A stretch of DNA of 64,000 nt, taken from the IMG/VR virus record IMGVR_UViG_3300022902_000007; one strand, 5' to 3'. Position numbers and translations under genes: made by a program. This DNA comes from a virus. Each line of letters starts with the position of its first letter. Within the stretch, counting starts at the first letter, position 1. The notes beneath the pieces are model-generated. The model was not told where the DNA came from, searched no databases, and saw only the letters and a list, made by a program, of their open reading frames with translations. Positions 18,938 to 28,911 of the stretch are shown piece after piece.

Positions 18938-20650
18938 ATGTCTCAGTATTTTGATAAACTGATTGATACTGTCGTTCAGTCGACTGGTGCGAACACTGGC
19001 TCACTGACAACTACGGCAGACAGGGCTTCCTTTCAGACGAATGTGAAAGCTGACATTGCTCGTCTTGTTCAACAGTACAACAACGTGGTTTATCCAGCCA
19101 TTTCGGTCTTGAGATCTGGCCCCACTAAAGACGATGTACTTGAGCATGGTATTGAGGGACGAACTGTCACGACTTTTGGAGATGCGACAGAGGATGCGGC
19201 AGAGTGTTATTGGAACACGGCTATAGGCCAGCCTGCCTCTATCAAAGAGACTATTGATTATCTCTTGAGTGATTTGGCTCGTCTTGAAAACCTGATCGCT
19301 GCCTTTGCAGTCGCTACTGTCTTTGATGATACTTCTATCCTATCAGCAATTAATTGTTTGCAGCTTGATCGTTCGCAAATGGCCAAGGATGCTTTCGGGA
19401 CCTCTTATAGCGTGGACTGCGACGGCAATGCGGACCTGACTTATTCTCTGGCCCATCATGTCGATGCTCTTGGAGCCATGTTCTCTGGATTCCCTGGAAC
19501 GGGGCTCAGTCATTCTGGTACTTACCCGACTCTTTCTTTGTCTATTCTGTCTTCCAACATTACTTGGAACAGTATAATTCCTCAAACAGTCGTTGCTTCG
19601 CTCCCACCGAACTTGGCTGCGATCAGAACGTTTGTCGGGATGGATGCACCAAATGACTCTACTCCAGATTACAGTGCTCATGTCGGCAGTCCGCTTGTCT
19701 GGATCTCTGACGCTGACTCGCTCGAAAAGGCCATTGCCCTTCTTGACCAGGCAGTAGGCCCTACTCTCGGCGCCAATGTTGGTGGGGGGCGTCAGGTCTA
19801 CAAGAACAAGACTGCCAACACACTGAACTTCAGAACATTCGGGTCAGCCTCGGGCCTTATCGGTGTCACTCAGGGTTTGAACCTAATCGATCTTGACCTG
19901 AATGCAGATTTGAATGATCTGGGTGATGCAGTCATAGCTGCTCCCGCCAATGGAGATTTGCTCACGTATGAGACGGCTACGGCGAAGTGGAAGAACAAAC
20001 CTGATCCGAACGTCCTTGGAGCGGATTGGGTTCCTCCAAAAGATTTTATTGCTGTCAGCGATGCGCCAGCTACTCTTCAAGTAAGGCCTGGTAATCCAAT
20101 CATAGTGAATTACTACGATCACAGTGCTCTTGGTGCTGATGAGCTAAGTCTTTATTATCTCAAGTTCACTGGCGGAGCTCCTGCTGCCGACGCTCAGAGA
20201 ATTAACTGGACGCTTGGTGCGCCTCATACAAATACTGCTGCTACAGACCCTCATGCGAGGAATTGCAGGGTGCTGGCTTATTTCATGCTCCCAGATGATT
20301 TTGCCGGCTGGGGTGGAGCTGGGGGCACTATCACGTTTGAGTTACAGCTTGGTCAGTCTACAGCTGCTCCAAGTGCTGGTATCATCCCTGATGGCCAATT
20401 AATTGATTTTGCTGGCAATACCTGGGGAACTGTTCTTCAGCGAACTATCACAGCTCCTGTAGCGGCTCCTGCCCTTACTCATTATGTTCTGGATTTCGGA
20501 ATTACCACTCTCAATCCGTACAATGTTGACGGTGTTGTACACTTCCGACTTCTTTTGGATGATGACGTTGCAGATGTGCCTACTGGAGACTTTGCTGATG
20601 GCAACGCTCACATCTGGCTGCTTGGTACACGAGTCGTTTGGCTGAGATAG
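18938..20650 (+). CDS. tail fibre / receptor-binding protein
   Basis: LNDLGDAVIAAPANGDLLTYETATAKWKN fibre repeat, ANVGGG..VYK.K...TLNFRT motif and a beta-rich C-terminal head. Confidence 0.7.
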   Translation: MSQYFDKLIDTVVQSTGANTGSLTTTADRASFQTNVKADIARLVQQYNNVVYPAISVLRSGPTKDDVLEHGIEGRTVTTFGDATEDAAECYWNTAIGQPASIKETIDYLLSDLARLENLIAAFAVATVFDDTSILSAINCLQLDRSQMAKDAFGTSYSVDCDGNADLTYSLAHHVDALGAMFSGFPGTGLSHSGTYPTLSLSILSSNITWNSIIPQTVVASLPPNLAAIRTFVGMDAPNDSTPDYSAHVGSPLVWISDADSLEKAIALLDQAVGPTLGANVGGGRQVYKNKTANTLNFRTFGSASGLIGVTQGLNLIDLDLNADLNDLGDAVIAAPANGDLLTYETATAKWKNKPDPNVLGADWVPPKDFIAVSDAPATLQVRPGNPIIVNYYDHSALGADELSLYYLKFTGGAPAADAQRINWTLGAPHTNTAATDPHARNCRVLAYFMLPDDFAGWGGAGGTITFELQLGQSTAAPSAGIIPDGQLIDFAGNTWGTVLQRTITAPVAAPALTHYVLDFGITTLNPYNVDGVVHFRLLLDDDVADVPTGDFADGNAHIWLLGTRVVWLR

Positions 20651-20652
20651 GT

Positions 20653-22716
20653 ATGCGGAGCAAGAGAAAGCAAAGAGTAATCGCCCAGAAGCAAGAATCG
20701 GTATGCCGTGGTAAGCGAGTCATCACTGCGGTTCCAAAGAGATCAGCTACTGTTCGGAAGGTTCTGAAGGAGCACTCTGCGCAACGTATATGTGTAATTC
20801 GTTCAGTGGGTGGGCTGGGCGATGTACTCATGGCTACTCCGGCGTTACGAGAATTGAAGCACCGGTACCCAGATGCTCATCTCACCTTTGCAATCGATAG
20901 ACACAGGACTTTTGATGACTCTTATTACGAGCTTGTCAAGAATGCTTTGTTTATTGATGAAATCGTAGATGCTCGATATGTCATCAGAGCCAAGTACGAT
21001 AAAGTCGTAGACATCTCTTCTGTGTGTCTTCCATATGAGAGGGCAGACCTACCGCCAATCAACAGGATAGATCTGTTTGCAAAGAAGCTGGGATTCAACA
21101 AGCTCCATGACTCTCTGCCTTTCTATGAGGTGTCTCCGGAAGAAGTTTTCTGGGCTCGCAAGATCATTGGTGCCGGACTACAACCAGTGGTCTGTATTCA
21201 TACAGCTTCTCACGATGCTCAAAGGTCTCTGCCTTTTGACAAACATCATGAGATCGTTCGGATGTTGAATGAACGAGTCTCTGGAGTCCGAATTGTCTTG
21301 TTCGACTTCAACAATCGCAACAAGAAGTTAGCTACCGCCGAGGGAGTCATTGACTGTAGCAAGTGCAGCACTCGTGAGAAGGCTGCTCTCATCCAGCAAT
21401 GTGACGTATTCTTCGGTCCTGACTCAGGACCGATGCATTTGGCTGGTGCCTTGAAGATCCCCTCAGTGGTGGCTTTTGGCTCGATTCCTCCAGTGGCTCG
21501 GCTCAATCACTACCCCACTCACGAGGCCATCGTCTCAGGACTGTCATGCGCTCCTTGCTGGTATCAGCATTGTCCCCGCTCCTTTAAATGCATGAAGGAG
21601 ATCTCCCCGAGAGAGATAGTCAACAGGATTGTCTCTAAAATTCCTTCTTACAGGAACAAGATAGTCTTCCATTCCATCTTGAATCCTTGTGATGGCTATG
21701 GTGGCTCTGCAGAACAGATGGCTCTTGCCATGAGTGATATCGACTCAAGAATTAGGTACACAGCTTATACGAAATCAAATGACTGGAAGGCCCTCTCCGA
21801 GAAACCCACTCAGAAGCTCTACGAGAGATCTGGAGACGCTTTGGCATATCTGGGGTACTTCCCCCCTGCAGAAGCCGAGAAGCCCAGCAGGATGGCCCTG
21901 AGGGCTCGTATGAGATTCTTTTACACAACGTTTGAGTCGACCAGACCTCCCAAGGATTGGGCTGGTTTTATAAATCAGTTCGATAAACTGTTTGTTAGCT
22001 GTGATATGTGCAGAGATGGCTTCCATGATATTGGTGTTGAAGTACCTATCTCCATAGTTCCCTTGGGTGTAAAAGAAAGTCTTTGGCCTGTGGTGAAACG
22101 TACAGGTTCTGGACCTTTTAGATTCTTGCTGTTCGCCAACGCGAACATGAATGACAGGCGTAAGAATTACATGGCTGCTTTCACTGCTTTTAAAAAGGCT
22201 TTTGGGAATAGCAAGCACGTAGAACTGATGGTCAAGATCTCTGGCGGGGATGTCCCTCGATTCATTTCGAGGGAAAAGAATGTTCGTGTGGTGTCTGGAA
22301 GATTCTCTCAGGAGAGACTCTATCAGATGGTCAGCCATGCTGACTGCTTGCTCAGTCCTACGAGGGGTGAAGGCTATGGCCTTTGTCAGCGTGAGATGAT
22401 GGCTACTGGAATGCCCGTGGTTGCTGCCAATTTTGGCGGGTTGAAGAGCATCATGGAACAGTCATTCAATTACTCGGTTCCCTATCAGATGTCCAAGGCT
22501 TCATACGGAAATCTCTACGTAAGCAGGAATGGCATGAGTAGGGACTTTGGTCTTTGGGCAGAGCCAGACGTCGATGCAATGACTGATATCATTGCCGATC
22601 TGCCTGGCAGAGTACAAGAAGTGAGAAGCAAGGGACTCGCTGGTGCTCAATGGATCCGAGAGAATGAGACTTATGATATCTGCGCTACCAGGCTTTTCAA
22701 GGAGATGGGGTTTTGA
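20653..22716 (+). CDS. fused glycosyltransferase: GT9 (heptosyltransferase-like) plus GT4
   Basis: GT9 motifs IRSVGGLGDVLMATPALRELK..YPDA and DSGPMHLAGAL.IP.V..FG, then C..C....C.....C; GT4 motif PTRGEGYGLCQREMMATGMPVV. Start placed at ATG 20653. Confidence 0.85.
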   Translation: MRSKRKQRVIAQKQESVCRGKRVITAVPKRSATVRKVLKEHSAQRICVIRSVGGLGDVLMATPALRELKHRYPDAHLTFAIDRHRTFDDSYYELVKNALFIDEIVDARYVIRAKYDKVVDISSVCLPYERADLPPINRIDLFAKKLGFNKLHDSLPFYEVSPEEVFWARKIIGAGLQPVVCIHTASHDAQRSLPFDKHHEIVRMLNERVSGVRIVLFDFNNRNKKLATAEGVIDCSKCSTREKAALIQQCDVFFGPDSGPMHLAGALKIPSVVAFGSIPPVARLNHYPTHEAIVSGLSCAPCWYQHCPRSFKCMKEISPREIVNRIVSKIPSYRNKIVFHSILNPCDGYGGSAEQMALAMSDIDSRIRYTAYTKSNDWKALSEKPTQKLYERSGDALAYLGYFPPAEAEKPSRMALRARMRFFYTTFESTRPPKDWAGFINQFDKLFVSCDMCRDGFHDIGVEVPISIVPLGVKESLWPVVKRTGSGPFRFLLFANANMNDRRKNYMAAFTAFKKAFGNSKHVELMVKISGGDVPRFISREKNVRVVSGRFSQERLYQMVSHADCLLSPTRGEGYGLCQREMMATGMPVVAANFGGLKSIMEQSFNYSVPYQMSKASYGNLYVSRNGMSRDFGLWAEPDVDAMTDIIADLPGRVQEVRSKGLAGAQWIRENETYDICATRLFKEMGF

Positions 22717-23084
22717 AAATAGCTTTTGATCTTGACGGCATTTTGTGTCACGGGTATCCTTATACAGAGGCCAAGCCGTTTGACGGAGCCGCAGAGCTTT
22801 TAGTTCGGCTCAAGAAAGCTGGGCATCATGTAACCATCTTCACAGCCAGAGGCATGGGCCGCAACAAGAATGATGTTGGCTCTGCCCAGGGACAACTCGC
22901 TCTCCTCACTCTCAATCAACTTAGGGATTGGGGATTCACTTATGATGCTTTTCTCATGGGTAAGCCAAGCTATGATCTTTTTATAGACGACAAAGCTTAT
23001 GGATATAGCTCAATAATTGATGGCAGAGTAGTACAAGTGTTATCATTCGACCAAGTCAAGATTGGTCTTGAGTCTCTCTTGTGA
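22713..23084 (+). CDS. HAD-superfamily phosphatase (capsule-biosynthesis/EcbF-like)
   Basis: FDLDG motif I, FTARG, MGKP..DLFIDDKA. Confidence 0.8.
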   Translation: MKIAFDLDGILCHGYPYTEAKPFDGAAELLVRLKKAGHHVTIFTARGMGRNKNDVGSAQGQLALLTLNQLRDWGFTYDAFLMGKPSYDLFIDDKAYGYSSIIDGRVVQVLSFDQVKIGLESLL

Positions 23085-23096
23085 TGAGGGCATCCC

Positions 23097-23672
23097 ATGG
23101 TACGAGTTGGCAGCCACATTCCGGACATTGAATATCTAAAGGTACTTCTAATTGAAGATGACCTGGATGATGTTCTTTTGGTCGAAGAGGCCTTAGAAGA
23201 TTCTCTGTCTCTTGAAGTTGATATGAATTGTGTTGGAAGCCTGCGAGAAGGTCTCGAACTACTTTCTCAAAATGATTATGATGTCATTATTAGTGATCTT
23301 GGACTGCCTGATACTTCAGGACTCGAAGCAATCCAGACTCTTGTAGAGGCTGATAGTTCTACTCCGATATTATGTCTGACTGGCAATAGCGGACCCGGCT
23401 GGCCAGAAAGACTAATGTCTTCTGGCGCTGATGAATATCTCGATAAAGGACACATGGCAGGCTCGCTTGGAAGAGCGATGATCAATACCGTGATTAGGGC
23501 AAAGCTGGTTTCTCAGTTGCATGATGCCCTCCTGGAACGAGATGCAGCTCTTGAAGTAGCAGCTAACAAGATCGAAGAGTTGTCAGATAGAGTCGCCGAG
23601 ATAGAAATGAATCTCTGTGATCTGAAAGACTGCCTCGCTTGTGAACGCATAGATTGTGACAGGAGAAGATAA
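23097..23672 (+). CDS. response regulator receiver domain with C-terminal coiled coil
   Basis: VLLIEDD, DVIISDLGLPD.SG (phospho-Asp), LTG and GADEYLDK motifs are all intact. Confidence 0.9.
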   Translation: MVRVGSHIPDIEYLKVLLIEDDLDDVLLVEEALEDSLSLEVDMNCVGSLREGLELLSQNDYDVIISDLGLPDTSGLEAIQTLVEADSSTPILCLTGNSGPGWPERLMSSGADEYLDKGHMAGSLGRAMINTVIRAKLVSQLHDALLERDAALEVAANKIEELSDRVAEIEMNLCDLKDCLACERIDCDRRR

Positions 23673-24052
23673 TGTCAATTGATCCCTCCATACGACTTGC
23701 TGTAATAGATGCCACTCGCGAAGAACTGGGAAGAGCCCTGGGCCCTGTCGTTGACCAGCTAAAGCATACGCTCGGCAATATTGAAAACAAGCTTGAGAAG
23801 ATTGAGCAAGCAGAGAGAGACAGCGACCGGAACCACCTATTGACGGATGGCAAGATCATCATTCTTGAGACTGCAGTTAGAGGATTACAAAAAACTGTAG
23901 ACGAACTACAAAACAAAGCGGATGCACTCACTGAGACACAGACTGGGATTAGTACCAGAATGGCGATATTCGGGGCAGTCACCATGGTGGTTGTGAACGG
24001 TGTCATCGCCGCCTTGGTCGTTGCCGGCATGGCCGCAGTAGGAGTCGGATAA
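23672..24052 (+). CDS. coiled-coil protein with C-terminal transmembrane helix (possible holin/XhlA-like)
   Basis: Heptad-rich region followed by hydrophobic AIFGAVTMVVVNGVIAALVVAGMAAVGVG. Confidence 0.45.
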   Translation: MSIDPSIRLAVIDATREELGRALGPVVDQLKHTLGNIENKLEKIEQAERDSDRNHLLTDGKIIILETAVRGLQKTVDELQNKADALTETQTGISTRMAIFGAVTMVVVNGVIAALVVAGMAAVGVG

Positions 24053-24237
24053 TGCCTCGTTCAGATAACACTCTGGAATTCGTACTGGCTCAGTGTGCGG
24101 CGATAGAAGCTCGTATAGATAAATTAAATAGGGGCAGAGAAGAAGACTTGGAAGAGCAGGATACAGTGGTCATCAAGAATGATCAGGTTAGCGGCAAGAA
24201 AAAGCTTGTTGACAGTCTCAATACGCAGGAGCAATAA
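24052..24237 (+). CDS. hypothetical protein
   Basis: TAATG-coupled small ORF. Confidence 0.5.
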   Translation: MPRSDNTLEFVLAQCAAIEARIDKLNRGREEDLEEQDTVVIKNDQVSGKKKLVDSLNTQEQ

Positions 24238-24462
24238 ATGGCCTGGACAATGACAGAAGCTCGGTACGACCGAATCAACAATAGACTCACTCGGATAGAA
24301 GAAGTACTGAACGACATCATCGTGGGGATGGAAAGCTACGTGACTACTTCTCAAGTTCAGAGCCTGCTGGCCATACTGACAGCCCAGATTGGTGAGATCA
24401 GTAGCACGGTAGACACACTGGAAGATCGCGTAGAAGATATTGAAGCTGAGCCGGTAAGCTAA
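24238..24462 (+). CDS. hypothetical coiled-coil protein
   Basis: Last gene of the + strand block; heptad pattern. Confidence 0.55.
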   Translation: MAWTMTEARYDRINNRLTRIEEVLNDIIVGMESYVTTSQVQSLLAILTAQIGEISSTVDTLEDRVEDIEAEPVS

Positions 24463-24986
24463 GTTCTTAGTTCTTTTCGGCTTTGAGAGTTGAGCCAGGG
24501 GAACGGAACTCCTGGAATATTTTTCCCTGTGAAGCTACAAAGTTGTCTCCACAACAATTCGTCTTCAGTTTCTGTCACACTTGCGATTAGTATTTGTTGT
24601 GCGGGGACCAGTGCCTTACAAGCATTCTTGTGGGAGTAGTACTTCTCAGTAAAAACTGCTTTGTCGAAGTTGGTGATGCCGAAGATAGCTCGACGCCAAT
24701 GGGGGCATCCCCTTCTGTTGTCCCACCAGTATTCGCATGATTTGAGCCACTCTTCAAGAGGCCTTTCTGTGTAAATGAACTTCCCATTTGGATAGGTCTT
24801 TAGAAGCTTGGCGTAGATCGCTGAACAGAACGCACCGCTGATAAAGTCTACTTTGTTGGCTTGGTTGATAGTGTGCCCCGGTGTTGAAGCTCTTTTGTCA
24901 TGAGAAACAGTGTACCCAAGTATCTTCATTGCCCTGGATACAGAGCTTGTGCAGGTCTTTGGTAGGCCTATTCCAAATATTTTCAC
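24459..24986 (-). CDS. sulfotransferase-family P-loop protein
   Basis: IFGIGLPKTCTSS...A..ILGY, YP.GKFI.T.R...W..S and W..LC.F.G...P..PFP..N motifs. Confidence 0.8.
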   Translation of the reverse strand: MKIFGIGLPKTCTSSVSRAMKILGYTVSHDKRASTPGHTINQANKVDFISGAFCSAIYAKLLKTYPNGKFIYTERPLEEWLKSCEYWWDNRRGCPHWRRAIFGITNFDKAVFTEKYYSHKNACKALVPAQQILIASVTETEDELLWRQLCSFTGKNIPGVPFPWLNSQSRKELRT

Positions 24987-26311
24987 TTCTTCCTACCGAG
25001 AAAAGTTATCACGGCGAAGCCTTTGCCCACTCTGTGATTGTCAACTGCTGTATCCAGGTGATACTCGACAGACAGGTCATACCTGCTCTTCCACCCTTTG
25101 ATATATTTTTGTTCTATCTCTGTTCTCGCTGCGTCATGGAGTATGATCGTTGTTCCTCGCTTGAGGACAGAATCCATGTCGTATAGTACTTGTTCTCTCC
25201 CCTTCCTGGTTCCATCAATGAATATCAGGTCTGCCCAGCGTGGTAGTTTCGCGTCGTCTATTCTATAGATTCCATTGTGGGTTTCGCACTGTTGATACTC
25301 TATTTCCAGGTTCTGTCTTTTTATTTCTGTGCTGACTGTTTCGTACCAGTGATCTGAGTCTTCAATCGAGAATATCCGCAAATTTTCATAGTGGTCTTTT
25401 TTGATATGACCAAGCATCAGAGTAGTCGCTCCGGAGCCGATCTCGACGACACTTGCTGGACGACTCAGAAGCACAAATCTTTTTAATTGTCTCATCTCCA
25501 GTTTAGTTGGGCTCCATTTCGTCCATGCATTTCTTACATACCTGGGCAAGTGCACCAGGCTGTCTGACTCTTGGAAGAATTTTGGAGCTATATCATCTTC
25601 TTTCATTTTCGCAAGCATTATGTCTGGTTCTCGAATTGCTGCATAGTGAATGACGAAGGCATCCTCTCTGGCGCACCTCTTGTTACAGAAGTGCATCCAG
25701 TTCCAGTTACGAGCAAGGTCGTGGATCTTGAATTTGTTAGCCTGCAAGTTGTAATTCAACTGTGTCTGATCCTGGAATAGCTGAGACCAATACCTATCTG
25801 GATCTATTTGGAACATTTTGTGATGTTCTCGTGATGCAACCATGACTCCAGAGTTGAAGAAAAATCCTTTACCTCTTTCTTTGAGTTCCCAGCCTATGTC
25901 TCCTAAGTGGCTTTGGGCTCTCTTTGCATCTCGCCTGATGGCTCCAGAGTTGCCATTGTTGTTTGTATATTCATTATATACTCCGACACTATGTACTGGG
26001 ATTTCTTTGAAGATGTTTGGAGCCCAGCTGCGTATCAGGATGTCTATGTCGAAGTAGGCCACTCTCTCATACATTTGTAGGAGATCTTCTATCTGTGCTT
26101 TTTCGAAGTGGGGAGTACCACCTTTGATGTTTTTGATGACCTTATCAATGACCACGAAGTCTGCATTGATTTTTTTGGCATAGACTGCCATATGTTTTTT
26201 GGCTACTTCAGCCACCTCTTGATACTTGTCTCCAATGGAGAGTGTCACGATAGCATTGTCTTCCGTAGGATACAGATCTTCTATGCATGTTGTTTCATTG
26301 TTCAAGATCAT
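24983..26311 (-). CDS. GT8-like glycosyltransferase fused to class I SAM methyltransferase
   Basis: YFDIDILI, FFNSGVMV, DQTQLN and IHYA (GT8), then VVEIGSG.TT, DLIFIDG and IILHDA (methyltransferase). Confidence 0.8.
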   Translation of the reverse strand: MILNNETTCIEDLYPTEDNAIVTLSIGDKYQEVAEVAKKHMAVYAKKINADFVVIDKVIKNIKGGTPHFEKAQIEDLLQMYERVAYFDIDILIRSWAPNIFKEIPVHSVGVYNEYTNNNGNSGAIRRDAKRAQSHLGDIGWELKERGKGFFFNSGVMVASREHHKMFQIDPDRYWSQLFQDQTQLNYNLQANKFKIHDLARNWNWMHFCNKRCAREDAFVIHYAAIREPDIMLAKMKEDDIAPKFFQESDSLVHLPRYVRNAWTKWSPTKLEMRQLKRFVLLSRPASVVEIGSGATTLMLGHIKKDHYENLRIFSIEDSDHWYETVSTEIKRQNLEIEYQQCETHNGIYRIDDAKLPRWADLIFIDGTRKGREQVLYDMDSVLKRGTTIILHDAARTEIEQKYIKGWKSRYDLSVEYHLDTAVDNHRVGKGFAVITFLGRKK

Positions 26312-26898
26312 TTGAGCTTCCTATGCTTTTGTGTAGCGATGATTCTTGTTGAGGGAGCTGAAGTACTTATGGCGAGATGGTAGCTTCTGTTGCTATTTTT
26401 GATACTTCTGATGGGAACTGGCGGCGTTATCAAGCCTCGCGCCCACGCCCATGTGTCAGTCAATTGTCCAGGGTCTCCCTGATTCGTTGCGAGTCTCATG
26501 AATTCCTGAGCTCCTGCCTGGCTTACCAGTAGTGCATAGTCCCACCTCCCAAGTCTGCACATCAGATAATCTGATTTTATGTGCTTTTTTATCTTGGCTA
26601 CTTTTGGCATAAAGTTTCTTTCTATTCTTACATCGTCCTGAAAGATTATGGTTTCTTTGATCTTGGTGTCTATCATGAATTGATAGAATGTCAAGTAAGA
26701 AGCCCAGAGCCCGGCAGCTCCACCAGACGTGCAGTGCATCCCATATCGAGATAGTACGTTGTCAGCTTTATTTTTCAAAGCACCGTCAATACCAAGCCAG
26801 ATTTGTAGACTTGGCAATCGTCTCATCATATGGTGTTTGATGTGACGCAATCTGTTCTTATCTCTTTCTAAGTGAAGGACATAGAGAGGAGCGTTCAT
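26308..26898 (-). CDS. GT25-family glycosyltransferase
   Basis: YVLHLERDKNR...GIDG...G...S.....IIFQDDV...Y.....GA pattern. Confidence 0.65.
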   Translation of the reverse strand: MNAPLYVLHLERDKNRLRHIKHHMMRRLPSLQIWLGIDGALKNKADNVLSRYGMHCTSGGAAGLWASYLTFYQFMIDTKIKETIIFQDDVRIERNFMPKVAKIKKHIKSDYLMCRLGRWDYALLVSQAGAQEFMRLATNQGDPGQLTDTWAWARGLITPPVPIRSIKNSNRSYHLAISTSAPSTRIIATQKHRKLK

Positions 26899-27596
26899 TT
26901 TGATTCCTTGAACAATTTGTCGATTCTTTTCCAGTATGGAGTTTTTCTATTATCGAAACGATTTGTACGAGTGGCCTTGAATCTTTTTGTGACGTAGTTC
27001 ACTTGTTTTGATTGGTATCCCATTTCTCTAAGTGTTTTAGGGATCGCGTCTTCATTCTTCGTGATTGAGTGAAACGTAACTTTTGGTAGTCTGTCATAAC
27101 AGGTAGCAGCCTCTCGCAGGCTATTGATAAAAGCTGTCAGTAGCTTGTCATCAATCCCATTGCTCTTCTCTGCTTCTTTTATCAAATCTTCATCTACAGC
27201 TCTTAGTGGGTACCACCATTCTCTCATTGTCATTGCGTAGGTGACATCTTGAATCATTCTGTCTATTCTCAGTATGTTGAATGCTTCAGGATGACGTTCT
27301 CTCAGAGCTTTTATTACGAATGGTTGTACTACGTCCTTCACGATGTAGTTGTTTCTAAACTCCATTATGTATTCTATTTGACTGTCTATTAACTTCGGAT
27401 CCTGACTATAGAATGGTCCAGTTGTTTCTAACGTCATTCCACTGGGGCTCTTTGGCTGGTAGTTCAAAATCTCTCCAGCATTGGCACCGCATGGGGTGAG
27501 TACGTTTTCCAGTGATTCGCAAGCGATCTTATAGCTTTTACTCGTAAGGCTTCGCGGCAGGCCGACGATCAGAAGGCTTTTCATTCTTTTCCTCAA
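26895..27596 (-). CDS. sulfotransferase-like P-loop protein
   Basis: LLIVGLPRSLTS N-terminal PAPS-binding-like loop. Confidence 0.5.
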   Translation of the reverse strand: MRKRMKSLLIVGLPRSLTSKSYKIACESLENVLTPCGANAGEILNYQPKSPSGMTLETTGPFYSQDPKLIDSQIEYIMEFRNNYIVKDVVQPFVIKALRERHPEAFNILRIDRMIQDVTYAMTMREWWYPLRAVDEDLIKEAEKSNGIDDKLLTAFINSLREAATCYDRLPKVTFHSITKNEDAIPKTLREMGYQSKQVNYVTKRFKATRTNRFDNRKTPYWKRIDKLFKESK

Positions 27597-27603
27597 AAGG
27601 GTT

Positions 27604-27621
27604 GGCCCTCCGAAGAGGGCC
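27604..27621 (-). terminator. GC-rich hairpin with UUCG tetraloop, probable intrinsic terminator
   Basis: - strand GGCCCTC-TTCG-GAGGGCC, flanked by short A/T tracts on both sides, in an intergenic position. Confidence 0.55.
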
Positions 27622-27625
27622 TCTT

Positions 27626-27799
27626 TTAGTCTATCACCGTGACTTCTCGTCCTTCTATCAGGATGGTTGGCTGCTTTTTGTTCAGCTCCAGGAGGAGTTC
27701 GGTATTTTGTTTGGTAAGTTCTTCGTTTCGTTCTTGAAGTCTCTCGTTTTCGCGCTGAAGACGACAGACTTTTTCTTCAAGGGACCTCTCTTGGCACAT
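27626..27799 (-). CDS. 57-aa coiled-coil protein (absent from the ORF track)
   Basis: GGAG Shine-Dalgarno; MCQERSLEEKVCRLQRENERLQERNEELTKQNTELLLELNKK...; fills the gap on the coding strand. Confidence 0.65.
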   Translation of the reverse strand: MCQERSLEEKVCRLQRENERLQERNEELTKQNTELLLELNKKQPTILIEGREVTVID

Positions 27800-27826
27800 G
27801 ATTCACTCCAAAGCCCCTACTGTCTA

Positions 27827-28315
27827 CTAAAAGACAGGTGGGCGGAATGGGGTTAGCTCTATGTAGGGCTCCCAATCTTCGGAGCCGGGTTCCAGGTTAT
27901 CGTCACTGGTAAGAGTGTAGATCCCTTCTTTTTCGATCTTCACTGCAACCAGTTTGTCTGTGTTGTTGATTACATCTCCGACCATGATCCCGAGAGGACG
28001 TTTACCATGCTGTTCCCAGTGTGGAACTGGGGTCTTTGCATCGAAATCTATGACGCGGGTCTCACGGGTATTCATCATCTGTGGTTCTTTTGCAAACGAG
28101 ATGATTGCACTTGTCCAGTGTCTGTGGTGGCAAAGCCAGGTGTATACTGCTTTCTTGATATCACTGGCGTCCAGATCTTCTACCAGGGTCTTTCCGCCAG
28201 CAATGACATACTTGATGGGCTTCACTGTCTTGGTGCCCATGATCTTCTTGACCAGTGCCTTCTGATCGCTTCTTGGGGGCATTTGTTTTAGGGCTTCTGC
28301 TTTAGTTGGTGCCAT
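27827..28315 (-). CDS. hypothetical protein
   Basis: 162-aa ORF in the - strand gene chain. Confidence 0.55.
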   Translation of the reverse strand: MAPTKAEALKQMPPRSDQKALVKKIMGTKTVKPIKYVIAGGKTLVEDLDASDIKKAVYTWLCHHRHWTSAIISFAKEPQMMNTRETRVIDFDAKTPVPHWEQHGKRPLGIMVGDVINNTDKLVAVKIEKEGIYTLTSDDNLEPGSEDWEPYIELTPFRPPVF

Positions 28316-28911
28316 AGTTCTTGTAAATCCTCATAGATTGTCCTGCCTGTCAGATGACTTATTTTGGCAATCTCTTGCCGCTCATAGCCTAAAAGCTTCA
28401 TGATAGCCATGTGCCAGATCCACGGACTGTTTTGCTTGATGTTATTCAATAACATGAAGTCTGTTTCAAGGGCTGGTCCTTCATGTATATCAATAACTGG
28501 TCTTGGTGTTCTACTCTTTCGATACGTCTTTCTTATTTGTCTGACTACGCAGCCGTTGAACTCTTGAAGTATCGCCACCATGTATCCCCAGTGATACTCA
28601 CCAGGTCTGGGAGGTCCTATGCGAGCGAGGGTTCTCCAAAGCCAATACTCCATGTCTTCGTATGGGCTTCCTGCTTCCCTCCACGCGTTTAGCATGGAGA
28701 CAGCTTTTGTTACACTTCCTCTTGAAGCTATTCCTCCCAAGTACATAACTGGATCAGACAGATATTTTCCTGATGATATTTCTTTTGCTATTAGTTTCAG
28801 TAGTGGACTGAATATCCAGAAGATCTCTTCCAGTGTTGAGTCTGTTGAGATCCTCTTCCAGTCTATCAGCTTCGTGCTATTTGTTATCTTGGGCTCTCTG
28901 AGTATCAACAT
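28288..28911 (-). CDS. HTH protein, possible divergent sigma-70-like factor
   Basis: C-terminal LLGYERQEIAKISHLTGRTIYEDLQELW resembles a sigma region 4 HTH. Start moved to ATG 28911 to avoid a long overlap with the resolvase. Confidence 0.45.
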   Translation of the reverse strand: MLILREPKITNSTKLIDWKRISTDSTLEEIFWIFSPLLKLIAKEISSGKYLSDPVMYLGGIASRGSVTKAVSMLNAWREAGSPYEDMEYWLWRTLARIGPPRPGEYHWGYMVAILQEFNGCVVRQIRKTYRKSRTPRPVIDIHEGPALETDFMLLNNIKQNSPWIWHMAIMKLLGYERQEIAKISHLTGRTIYEDLQELWHQLKQKP

